From Chlorobiota bacterium (GTDB taxonomy: Bacteria > Bacteroidota > Ignavibacteria > OLB7), in assembly GCA_016788565.1 (NCBI GenBank), contig JAEUSP010000064.1, positions 289 to 64,288 on the forward strand: DNA of 64,000 nucleotides. The letters are read 5' to 3'. Shown here piece by piece: positions 45,435 through 54,140 of the stretch; the stretch's first letter is position 1, and each line of letters begins with the position of its first letter. A program made the translations under genes and the position numbers. The notes below the pieces were generated by a model that worked only from the letters and a program-made list of their open reading frames with translations, had not been told where the DNA came from and made no database searches.

Positions 45435-46070
45435 ATGCGCACACTTTCCTTTGGCCTTCCCATTCTCCTTTTTGCAATCCTGACGGGTTGGTTTGCTGGT
45501 TGCGGAGCTTCGGTATCTGAGCCAAGCGCCGGAATTTCTGGAGTAGTGAAAGAGATTGCTGGCGTGGCTGTTCCAAACGCAACAGTAGAAATTGTGCGGT
45601 TGAATGGGGAGAGTGCCGGGGTGGCTACTTGCAACAGCAAGGGGCAGTTCAGTTTTCCAGAAGCGTTTGCTCCTTCCGAGCAATTCATCGTTCATGTTCG
45701 CCATCCTGAGTTCAAGCCATTTTCCAAAAATTTAGCCGAGGCAATCCGCGCTTCGGGAAGCGTGAATAGCCTTCAACTTCTGATAGAGCCTGTCGAAGGG
45801 AATTGCGTTGGTATTTCTGTGGCGGTGGTGTACGAAGAGGAGAATGCCTACAAGGCTAAAGATGCGACTGGCGCAGAAATTCGATTGTACAGCCAGGGGA
45901 GGCTTCGCGCCACAGCCATTTCTGGCACCGACTTCGTAGCGTTCCCCTCCCTTCCACCAGGAACATTTCGGCTTGAAATCCGCAAGCCAGGCTTCCGGTT
46001 GGGTGAGGAAGATTTTTCACTGACGGAGTGTGGAAGCTATCCAATCACGTTTTGGATTTATCGGGAGTGA
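45435..46070 (+). CDS. Lipoprotein with a carboxypeptidase-regulatory-like (CarbopepD_reg/transthyretin-like) beta-sandwich domain
   Basis: Lipobox (LTGWFAGCG). 'GISGVVKEIAGVAVPNATVEIVRLNGESAGVATCNSKGQFSF' is a typical CarbopepD_reg signature. Confidence 0.5.
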   Translation: MRTLSFGLPILLFAILTGWFAGCGASVSEPSAGISGVVKEIAGVAVPNATVEIVRLNGESAGVATCNSKGQFSFPEAFAPSEQFIVHVRHPEFKPFSKNLAEAIRASGSVNSLQLLIEPVEGNCVGISVAVVYEEENAYKAKDATGAEIRLYSQGRLRATAISGTDFVAFPSLPPGTFRLEIRKPGFRLGEEDFSLTECGSYPITFWIYRE

Positions 46071-46166
46071 GTAATTACGCGCCTTCTCCTCGCTTGAATT
46101 TTATTTTTCTTCACTCTAAATTTGCCGCAGCACCCGCAACACTAAAACTGTTTCGAATGGGAGGTC

Positions 46167-48080
46167 TTGATGAGCCGCACGTTGTTCGCCTGCCTGTTGC
46201 TTCCGTTGTCGCTGTTTTCTGGGGTTATCCTGGTTTCCTGCGGCAGCAATCCAGTTGACGCTGTTTCCAACAAAATCATTGCTGGCGAAAGCCGTGCGGT
46301 GGTCGTAAGCACTGTTCCGCCCTCGGGAGGAACCATGGTTGTGAATGTGCAGGGGGATTCGTTGAATGGGATGGAACTAACCGTCCCCAGCGGTGCATAT
46401 TCTGATGCCCGCACCTTCCGTATCTCTGCTGCACCAATCCAAAGCCACCAGTTGGGAAGCAACTGCAATCCGGTTACTCCATTAATCACCATCGAAAATG
46501 GGGGAGGATATGCTGATGAATTTATGACCCTCACCATCCCCATCTCCGTTCCCGACAACCACTTTGCAATGGCGTTCCTGTTCGATGACGTAACGGGCGA
46601 AATGGAAGGACTGCCGTTGGTGGAATCCACCAGCGATCACGTGAAAATTTTCACCGCAAATTTTGCCCATTCTGATATTACCGCGCTGAAACGGCGGTTG
46701 GCTTCCGGCAGTGCCAGCAGCGGGCCAAGCCGCTCCAGAATTTTTGTTTCATCCATCGAAAAAAATCTGCTTGAAGGGGCCAACGAATCCACCTTCCGCC
46801 CGGGTCTGGACGACTGGCAGTTCACCAACTACGGCTCGTATGCTGCCCCGGACGGGCATTGTGCTGGGCAAAGCCTTGCGGCAATGTGGTATCATAACAA
46901 GAAACGAATAAACGGCAGATTATATGGGCGATACGATAACGATGGCACGCGGAAAACTCCCACAATTTGGCAAGATGATGTTGGCGGCTACAAGTTCTGC
47001 TCGGTGCTGCAAAACGATATGGAATGGAATTCGTTAAGCCGAAAATTATTTTCTACAGTGCAGAGTACAATCCCAGATGTTATTACCTACTACGCTGCAT
47101 CCTACAGTTTTTTGCTGTTGCACCGCCCTCAGTTCATTGGAATTGCGAACGATACTGCAGGACATGCGGTGATTGGATATGCCATTGGTGATGGCAATAT
47201 CTATGTTGCTGACCCGAACTACCCGGGCGATGTCACGCGCCGTATTCCCTACGCGAACGGCAAATTCGGAACCTATTTTTCTGGCAGTAACGCGGCACAA
47301 ACTGGTGTGCCATTTCCCGTTATTCGTTTTTTTGGTGAGAGCGCGTTGATTGATTACTCCACCATTGAATCACGCTGGGCTGAGGTTGCTTCTGGCGAGA
47401 TCGGCAATGGGCAGTTTCCCGAATACACCGTAAAGGGGATGAACGACGCTGGAACATTTGTGCCGCTGACCAATGGTTTTACTATCAAAGGGAACACGCT
47501 GAATTTTGATATTTCTTCCACCACCTCATTGAAAATTGCAACGGTTTTTGATGAATCGGAACGTGTTCTACCAATCATCAAAGAGGCAGTTCAGCTTCCG
47601 CAGGGAATGCAGCGTGTTGGATTTTATGTCACTAATAGAACGAACGATTGGACTGGCTTTACATGGGTGCAAGTAAAAGTAGAAGGCACGGATAATCCAG
47701 CACCGCCGCCACCCACAACCGGATTATCCTTTAACGGCGAACCTTACGTTATTGGGTTAATTAACTATACGCTTGACTCTGGGCTGAGTCTCATCTTCTA
47801 TCCAAGTTTTGATGTCTTAACGTGGTTCCAGATTGGGGTAAAGCCATTTGTTGGGGTTGGGGCGTACACTGCTACCCGAGGAGATAATTACGTGGCATAT
47901 TTTGATACTCGTGGAGCCACGCCAAGCTTTAACTACAGGACAGACGAACAGCACACAGCAAAGGTAGAAATTACTCAGTTTGATGATAATTTTATTGTGG
48001 GCAAAGCAACTGGATCAATGAAAGATTTAGTCACCTTAGAAGTGCGGACATTCACGTTTGTTTTTCGAATTGAACGTTAA
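46167..48080 (+). CDS. Hypothetical lipoprotein (637 aa)
   Basis: Signal/lipobox (LLLPLSLFSGVILVSCGSNP). No recognised domain. Confidence 0.55.
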   Translation: MMSRTLFACLLLPLSLFSGVILVSCGSNPVDAVSNKIIAGESRAVVVSTVPPSGGTMVVNVQGDSLNGMELTVPSGAYSDARTFRISAAPIQSHQLGSNCNPVTPLITIENGGGYADEFMTLTIPISVPDNHFAMAFLFDDVTGEMEGLPLVESTSDHVKIFTANFAHSDITALKRRLASGSASSGPSRSRIFVSSIEKNLLEGANESTFRPGLDDWQFTNYGSYAAPDGHCAGQSLAAMWYHNKKRINGRLYGRYDNDGTRKTPTIWQDDVGGYKFCSVLQNDMEWNSLSRKLFSTVQSTIPDVITYYAASYSFLLLHRPQFIGIANDTAGHAVIGYAIGDGNIYVADPNYPGDVTRRIPYANGKFGTYFSGSNAAQTGVPFPVIRFFGESALIDYSTIESRWAEVASGEIGNGQFPEYTVKGMNDAGTFVPLTNGFTIKGNTLNFDISSTTSLKIATVFDESERVLPIIKEAVQLPQGMQRVGFYVTNRTNDWTGFTWVQVKVEGTDNPAPPPPTTGLSFNGEPYVIGLINYTLDSGLSLIFYPSFDVLTWFQIGVKPFVGVGAYTATRGDNYVAYFDTRGATPSFNYRTDEQHTAKVEITQFDDNFIVGKATGSMKDLVTLEVRTFTFVFRIER

Positions 48081-48119
48081 TAACAATTTTAGTGCATCCA
48101 CCATGAATCAGTAAAAACG

Positions 48120-49274
48120 ATGAAACAATCCTCCTCTAAAAACAAATCACGGGAAGCATCAGCTTCACTCCATGAAGTCTTGCATGACGCTACTGGCCAA
48201 TTTTCAGTGATAGATATTCTGTCGGCTATTAATGACCTTCTGAAAAAGCAATCATGGAGTGAAGCGTTAAAAGAAATCATTCAAGAGGCTGAAACCATTG
48301 AGCCAGTTCATATTGACCTTGCGTTGCGTGCGCTCATTGATAAGCCAGACCACGAACGCGCTGAAAAATTAAACGGACTAACAGGCTATTTGCGTAGCCG
48401 AATATCTAACCCGACCCGCTGTGCGATTATTACCACTATTGCTCATTACCCTCCTATTTTCAGCGCACAGGAGCTGCTCCGTATTGCCAGTGACCAAAAT
48501 GATGATCGTGAGGTTCGGCTAACAGCATTGCGTGCATTGGCAAACAGCATTGCTGATTCGACAGTGTTCATCAGCCTGCACAATCTTATTGATCCTGAGT
48601 TATTCCGGACAAAAAACTTTTCAGAACAGGATGTCATCTGGGCGATTGCGGTGCTAAATGTTCTGGAGGCTCATCCAGCACAAATTTCTGGAAAGGCATT
48701 AACCATTGTGGAGTCGCTTGTTTATGCCCAAGACTTACGGTTGTGCCGCCGTGCTTTAGAAGTCGCTGGAACGTTGGGTGAAATTGATGCTATCGAACGG
48801 TTGTGCATGGCGGTACTTAGAAGACCTGAGTTGCAGAAATCGCTTGCCACAGCAATACAGCGGATCAGCAACAAGCCGATCAGCCTGCGCCATCTGCGTT
48901 GGGAAAATTTTGAAGAGTTGATGCGGCAGATGCTGCGAGGAATGGGGCATTTTGCAGTAGAGGTGACGCAAGCCTCGTATGATAACGGCGTAGATGTCAT
49001 TTCTAAAAGAAGCGATGGCGACGGAGAGGAGGCAGTAGTTGTGGTGCAATGCAAGTTGCGCTATCAAGGGAATATCAGCAGAGAAGATGTTGAGCATTTA
49101 CGAGATGCAATGCAGCAGCATAAAGCAAAAGAAGGAATCCTGATTACGACAGGAGGATTCTCGCGGGATGCCAAGGAGTATCAAGAGCAAAATAAATTCA
49201 TTCGGTTGTTCGACAAGAAAGAATTGCTACAACGGCTTGACAAAGTTTTTGGAGAAGGAAGGTATAAAATCTAA
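48120..49274 (+). CDS. HEAT-like repeat protein fused to a C-terminal Mrr-type restriction endonuclease catalytic domain (PD-(D/E)xK)
   Basis: The C-terminal ~120 aa read 'LMRQMLRGMGHFAVEVTQASYDNGVDVISKR...VVVVQCKLRYQGNISREDVEHLRDAMQQHKAKEGILITTGGFSRDAKEY', which matches the Mrr_cat topology (..D...D/E.VQCK.. then 'G.lvTTs.Ft..A'). The N-terminal region is leucine-rich HEAT/PBS-lyase-like helical repeats. Confidence 0.6.
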   Translation: MKQSSSKNKSREASASLHEVLHDATGQFSVIDILSAINDLLKKQSWSEALKEIIQEAETIEPVHIDLALRALIDKPDHERAEKLNGLTGYLRSRISNPTRCAIITTIAHYPPIFSAQELLRIASDQNDDREVRLTALRALANSIADSTVFISLHNLIDPELFRTKNFSEQDVIWAIAVLNVLEAHPAQISGKALTIVESLVYAQDLRLCRRALEVAGTLGEIDAIERLCMAVLRRPELQKSLATAIQRISNKPISLRHLRWENFEELMRQMLRGMGHFAVEVTQASYDNGVDVISKRSDGDGEEAVVVVQCKLRYQGNISREDVEHLRDAMQQHKAKEGILITTGGFSRDAKEYQEQNKFIRLFDKKELLQRLDKVFGEGRYKI

Positions 49275-50207
49275 TTACGGCGAGGGCCTGTAATTTCTTG
49301 ATTTATGCTCCCGCCGAGTTCTCCCCACAACCAGCCTAACTTTATCCATAATTCCCAACGTTGGGCGCGCGGCCAGCGTGTTGAAGCCTGCTTGGCGAAT
49401 TTTCTGGGCGATTGCTAATCCGCCACGCACCGTCAGTGTTAGTTCCCACCGCAATCGGCGGTGCGGAATTATCGGCAGCAGTTTGCTCCCTTCCCGCAAA
49501 AATTCTTCTGCATGCTCGGTTAGATGCTGCATCATTCGCTGGCAGTTTGGGGTGAATTTTCCGCTACGCAACTGTTCCGGCGGGCAGTCAAAGGATTGCA
49601 TGATTTCTTGCGGGATATTCACGCGGCCGCCAGGAAGATCAACCGAAATATCCTGCCAGAAATTCACCAATTGCAGCCCGGTGCAGATCATGTCGGCAAG
49701 CTGCACACGCTCCGGTGTGGCCAAGCCGAACAGATGCAGCACCAACCGCCCAATCGGGTTGGCGGAATGGCGGCAGTAGAAGAGCAGGTCATCCATTGTG
49801 TGGTAGCCACCGTTGCGGGCATCCATCCGAAACGCCGTCAGCAAATCGCGCAGCAATTGGGCCGGGATGGAGTGCTGGCTGATGGTGGCGGCAAGGGCGG
49901 TAAAAATCGGGCCAGTAGGTTTCCCGCTGCACGCATCATCAAGGTGATGTTCCCATTCATCCAGCCGCCGCAACCGTTCTTCCACAGAAAAATTTCCTTC
50001 ATCGGCAATGTCATCTGCGGCGCGGCTGAAGGCGTAGATGGCCGCCACGTGGGGCCGCAACGATTTCGGGATCAGCACCGAGGCCACGGGGAAATTTTCG
50101 TAATGCTGGCGTGCCACCCGCTGGCAGTGGGCGAACGCTTCGGCCACCCCCCATTGCTCGGTTTGGAGTGAGGTTGCGGCTCTGTTCGTTGGTTCTATCA
50201 GTTCCAT
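49275..50207 (-). CDS. Squalene/phytoene synthase family paralog (HpnC/HpnD/CrtM-like)
   Basis: 'YAFSRAADDIADEG' is the first Asp-rich motif. 'GLQLVNFWQDISVDLPGGRVNIPQE' is the second motif region. Confidence 0.75.
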   Translation of the reverse strand: MELIEPTNRAATSLQTEQWGVAEAFAHCQRVARQHYENFPVASVLIPKSLRPHVAAIYAFSRAADDIADEGNFSVEERLRRLDEWEHHLDDACSGKPTGPIFTALAATISQHSIPAQLLRDLLTAFRMDARNGGYHTMDDLLFYCRHSANPIGRLVLHLFGLATPERVQLADMICTGLQLVNFWQDISVDLPGGRVNIPQEIMQSFDCPPEQLRSGKFTPNCQRMMQHLTEHAEEFLREGSKLLPIIPHRRLRWELTLTVRGGLAIAQKIRQAGFNTLAARPTLGIMDKVRLVVGRTRREHKSRNYRPSP

Positions 50208-50476
50208 TGCTGGGGCAAACTACAATGGGGCTGCTGATATTTACTTCATCAATGCTGGAAAATTGACTCATCTAAGAGTGGGCGGCGATCCTCTCTCTTC
50301 TCTCTTCTCTCTTCTCTTTCCTCTGTGCTCTCTGTGTCTCTGTGGTTCATTCTCTTCTTTGCTTCTAAAAAGAAGGGAAACCCAAAATGGATGATCCAGA
50401 AGAATTCTGCAATCATCGGTTGCGGCCTTTCCCTACTTTGCGGTAAGTTCCGCCGAACAAATTTTGCACAACCTCT

Positions 50477-53400
50477 ATGCACTTCTTGCTCCTCTCCGCT
50501 GTCCTTGCTGGTCTTCTTCTCCCTTCTTTTTGTGCTTCTGCCCAATCGGGAAAAGTGGCATCCAACAAAGGGCAATCCAACAAGGGGAAATCCAACAACA
50601 ACACCCTGCTTTGGCGCATCAGCGGGAAGGGGTTACGGCAACAATCGTACTTGTTCGGAACCTACCACACCCGCGACCCCCGCGCATTTCAGTTCACCGA
50701 TTCGATGGTGAAAGCGTTCAGAACATCCGCCGCTTTTTTTGGCGAACTCCATCTTGACTCAGCCGCACGCGACTACTACCAACACCACCTTTCCGAAGCC
50801 CCGATTGATATTGCCGCGCTGTTCGCTTCGGCTCTCTCGGGCAATATCTATCCCACCCGGCAAACCCCTCTGCCGTGGGGAGCAACCCCATTCGGCGGGG
50901 AAGATGACACGGTTGTTTCCAGCCCTTATCCGGTTTTTCTTGATGCTTGGTTGTTCCGCCACGCACAGTTGCAGGGGAAACAGGTTGGCGGGCTGGAAGA
51001 ACTATCGGCGCAACTGGGCATTTTCACTCCCGACCCAAAATTCCTGCGCCGCGACACGGAGGCCACGGAGGAAAATGCCGGGTTGGCCACCACCTTCCTA
51101 CGCTACATGCGGGAAGGGCAGATGGAGTTCTACCAAAACCAAGACCTTGAAAGCATCGAGCAAACGATGAACTGGATGAAAGAATTGCAGGGGGGAAAAA
51201 GGGTGATGGAGAAGATGCTGGACGACCGAAATGTTGGGATGGTGGCGCGGATTGATTCGCTTGTTCGGCTTGCCCCCAGTTTCATCACCCTGGGGTGTGC
51301 GCACCTGCTGGGAAAAAAAGGGGTGGTTGCGTTGCTGCGGAAAAAAGGCTACACCATTACCCCGATTCACTCACCCAAATCTGGGGCCACCGTTGCGGCC
51401 AGCTCCACCAGCCTAACCCGCCCCGATTGGAATGCGTACTCACTGTTCGGTGGGGAAACCAGTGCCGAGCTTCCGATTGAGCCAGTGGCGTTTGCGCCCG
51501 GCACGCGGCCGATGGGTGCATGGAGCAGCCAACTGACGATTGCCCCCGATGTTGGGGCCGGCATCAACTATTTCCTGGCGAAGCTCACCCTCCCTCCACA
51601 TCAGCTTGTGACCAACTGGCCAACACTGATGCGTGCCTGCTTGGCAATCCTTTCCGACAGCAGTAACCAGCTTGTTGTTGGCCAGGTGATTCCTGCCGAC
51701 ACCGCTGACGGGCAAAACGCGATGGCGAACGTGGTGGCCGTGACCGCAGCCAGCCAACGGCTTCGCGCACGGTTGCTGATGCGGGGCGATCAACTCTATC
51801 TGCTTGCTGCTGGTTCCGATGTTGACCTACCCAGCGACAGCGGTGTGGAGCGTCTCTTCCGTTCGTTCCGGCTTGCCCCAATTCCGGAAAGCCGTTGGGA
51901 AACTCTAACGTTCGACACTGGGCGTTGTGCGGTGCGGTTCCCCAGCAATCGCCATTCTTTTTCGGTTGCATTGGGGACCACAACCACACCGCAGCAAGGG
52001 GCGGCGGCCCAGCATGACGGGACAACTTTCACGATAACGGTTGAGCATCTGCCAAACTACGTGCCGTATCAAGGCGACTTGGCCAACATGGTGTGGACAA
52101 TTTTGGGGTTGCGGGGAAGCAATCACCTTGCCGTTCCTGAGATAGTTCACGATTCTGGCCAGTCTGGCACCGGCATTGCCCAGCTTTGGTTTTCCATGCA
52201 GGTCCCCGGCGGAAGCGGTGGGATGCGGGGAACAGTTCTGCGCGATGGCACCTTTGAATATCTGCTGACAGCAAGCCACCCAACAGCAATGCCAGTGCAA
52301 TCAAGCGTGGATAGCTTCTTCAGCTCTTTCCAGAGTTTACCGCTGGCTCCGCTTCCGTGGCAAACGTTTTCCAGCTACGTGCTTGGGTTCAAAGTGAATA
52401 TGCCGGGGAAGGCCAGCATTAGCGATAAATCGGAGAGTAGATTACAGCATGACGAAGCCACAATAGTTGCCTTGGACGACACGCTGAATGGTGGTGAGTA
52501 TGAGGTCCGTTCGCTGCTGCTGAATCCATATCTGCAGCTGCCGAACTTGGACTCGCTGTTCCAACGTGAGGTGTCCTATTCTTTCACCAGGGATATGGTG
52601 CTATCAAGCGGAGCGGTTGCCACCAGCAGTGGGGTTGCGGGGGAGTATATCTATGGCAAGCCACAAGGCGTAGCGGCCACTCGCTATCGGTTGGTGCAGC
52701 AGGGGCGGCGCGCGTTTCTGCTCTCCTATTTTGGTAATCAGGGGCGATTGCGTGATTCATCGGTGGAGCGTTTCTTCAGCTCCTTCCAGCCACTTGGCGA
52801 AACCGAACAATGGGAACTTTCCGCCGACAAGGTGCCGCAACTGTTGGCCGATATTTTCCTTGAAACAGAGGCCGGGGGCCGTGCGCGTGACTTGATGAAC
52901 AAATACAAGGCAACCACGCTGTTGGCCGTGCAGCCCCGCCACCTTCCGCTTGTGTATGGGATCATAGATTCCTTGCTGGCCGTTGGTGATTTTGTTGATG
53001 ATGCTGATTCCGTTGGCGATGCCATTGCCGTTGATGATGAAAACGAAGTGGAAGAAGATGCGTTGGGCGGTTTGGTGAGTTGGTTGCAGGAAGTTCACGA
53101 CACGCTAACACCGCAATTCCTGAAGGAGCGGTACGGCAAGTTCCCAAGCAATTCAACAAAAGGCGCACTGATATCTACGCTGCTCCAGATCGGTTCGGAG
53201 GAATCGCTGCACGCTGCGGCGGAGCTGCTGCAACAGCATCAACAAGACTCCATCACGCTTGAATCGCTTGCATGGGCCGGCATTGATAGCGGAACAACGG
53301 GGGCGATGTACCCTGGCATTTTGAGCTTGGCAGAAATGAAGATTTATCAGGAAGACTTGTACGTGCTGACATCCAGAGCGTTGGGCAAAAAACTTATCTC

Positions 53401-54094
53401 AGCCAACGCACTGCTCCCCCATCGCGAAATTCTGGTGAGCAATTTTTGCAGCCATATCCAGGAGCTTGCAACGCTGGACAACAGCCAGGAGAAGGATGAA
53501 AACCAGCGGTGGGATTTGCGGTGGAAACTGCTGCAACTCATGGATTGTCTGGGATACCTGCCCGCGGCGGCTGATCTGGATTCATTGCTGCGGCAATGCG
53601 CAGCAACGGACGACATCCGGCTTTCGGTGGCCGCATCCATCGCGCTGCTGCGGCATGGCGAAGAAGTACACGACACGGTGCTCCAGGCGTATGCGGCTGC
53701 GCCAGAAAATCGGCTATGGTTATACCGCCAGATGGAGGGGTATGGGATTGCCAATCACTTCCCCGCAAAATTCCAAAACCGGGCATCGTTTGCCGAAAGC
53801 AGCCTTGCGGAGTGGTTTGAAATGGAGGATGGCGTGCCCACGATTATTGAGTTGCTTGGCGAGCGAGCTATCCGTTGGAAAGAATCGGAATCCACGTGCT
53901 ATCTGTTCCGCTACACTTGGGACAGCACCGCCGCCGATGCCACGTGGGGAAGCGGCGTTGTGATTGTGAACCCCGCAACACAACCCGATCTTGAACCCAC
54001 AGTCAGCACCGACTACGACAGCCTGGAAGAGCTAACCGACGATGAGAAAATCCGATATTTTTTGATGAGAGAATCGCCACCATATTCCAGGTAG
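50477..54094 (+). CDS. Large secreted protein (1205 aa) with an N-terminal TraB/GumN-family domain and a long C-terminal helical extension
   Basis: Signal peptide (LLLSAVLAGLLLPSFCASAQ). 'LWRISGKGLRQQSYLFGTYHTRDPRAF' matches the GumN/TraB 'LW.v...g..yLfGTiH' N-terminal signature. Confidence 0.55.
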   Translation: MHFLLLSAVLAGLLLPSFCASAQSGKVASNKGQSNKGKSNNNTLLWRISGKGLRQQSYLFGTYHTRDPRAFQFTDSMVKAFRTSAAFFGELHLDSAARDYYQHHLSEAPIDIAALFASALSGNIYPTRQTPLPWGATPFGGEDDTVVSSPYPVFLDAWLFRHAQLQGKQVGGLEELSAQLGIFTPDPKFLRRDTEATEENAGLATTFLRYMREGQMEFYQNQDLESIEQTMNWMKELQGGKRVMEKMLDDRNVGMVARIDSLVRLAPSFITLGCAHLLGKKGVVALLRKKGYTITPIHSPKSGATVAASSTSLTRPDWNAYSLFGGETSAELPIEPVAFAPGTRPMGAWSSQLTIAPDVGAGINYFLAKLTLPPHQLVTNWPTLMRACLAILSDSSNQLVVGQVIPADTADGQNAMANVVAVTAASQRLRARLLMRGDQLYLLAAGSDVDLPSDSGVERLFRSFRLAPIPESRWETLTFDTGRCAVRFPSNRHSFSVALGTTTTPQQGAAAQHDGTTFTITVEHLPNYVPYQGDLANMVWTILGLRGSNHLAVPEIVHDSGQSGTGIAQLWFSMQVPGGSGGMRGTVLRDGTFEYLLTASHPTAMPVQSSVDSFFSSFQSLPLAPLPWQTFSSYVLGFKVNMPGKASISDKSESRLQHDEATIVALDDTLNGGEYEVRSLLLNPYLQLPNLDSLFQREVSYSFTRDMVLSSGAVATSSGVAGEYIYGKPQGVAATRYRLVQQGRRAFLLSYFGNQGRLRDSSVERFFSSFQPLGETEQWELSADKVPQLLADIFLETEAGGRARDLMNKYKATTLLAVQPRHLPLVYGIIDSLLAVGDFVDDADSVGDAIAVDDENEVEEDALGGLVSWLQEVHDTLTPQFLKERYGKFPSNSTKGALISTLLQIGSEESLHAAAELLQQHQQDSITLESLAWAGIDSGTTGAMYPGILSLAEMKIYQEDLYVLTSRALGKKLISANALLPHREILVSNFCSHIQELATLDNSQEKDENQRWDLRWKLLQLMDCLGYLPAAADLDSLLRQCAATDDIRLSVAASIALLRHGEEVHDTVLQAYAAAPENRLWLYRQMEGYGIANHFPAKFQNRASFAESSLAEWFEMEDGVPTIIELLGERAIRWKESESTCYLFRYTWDSTAADATWGSGVVIVNPATQPDLEPTVSTDYDSLEELTDDEKIRYFLMRESPPYSR

Positions 54095-54140
54095 CGTTGG
54101 GTTGCCAAATATTGGATAAGCCTTTCGTCATCGCCTAGGT

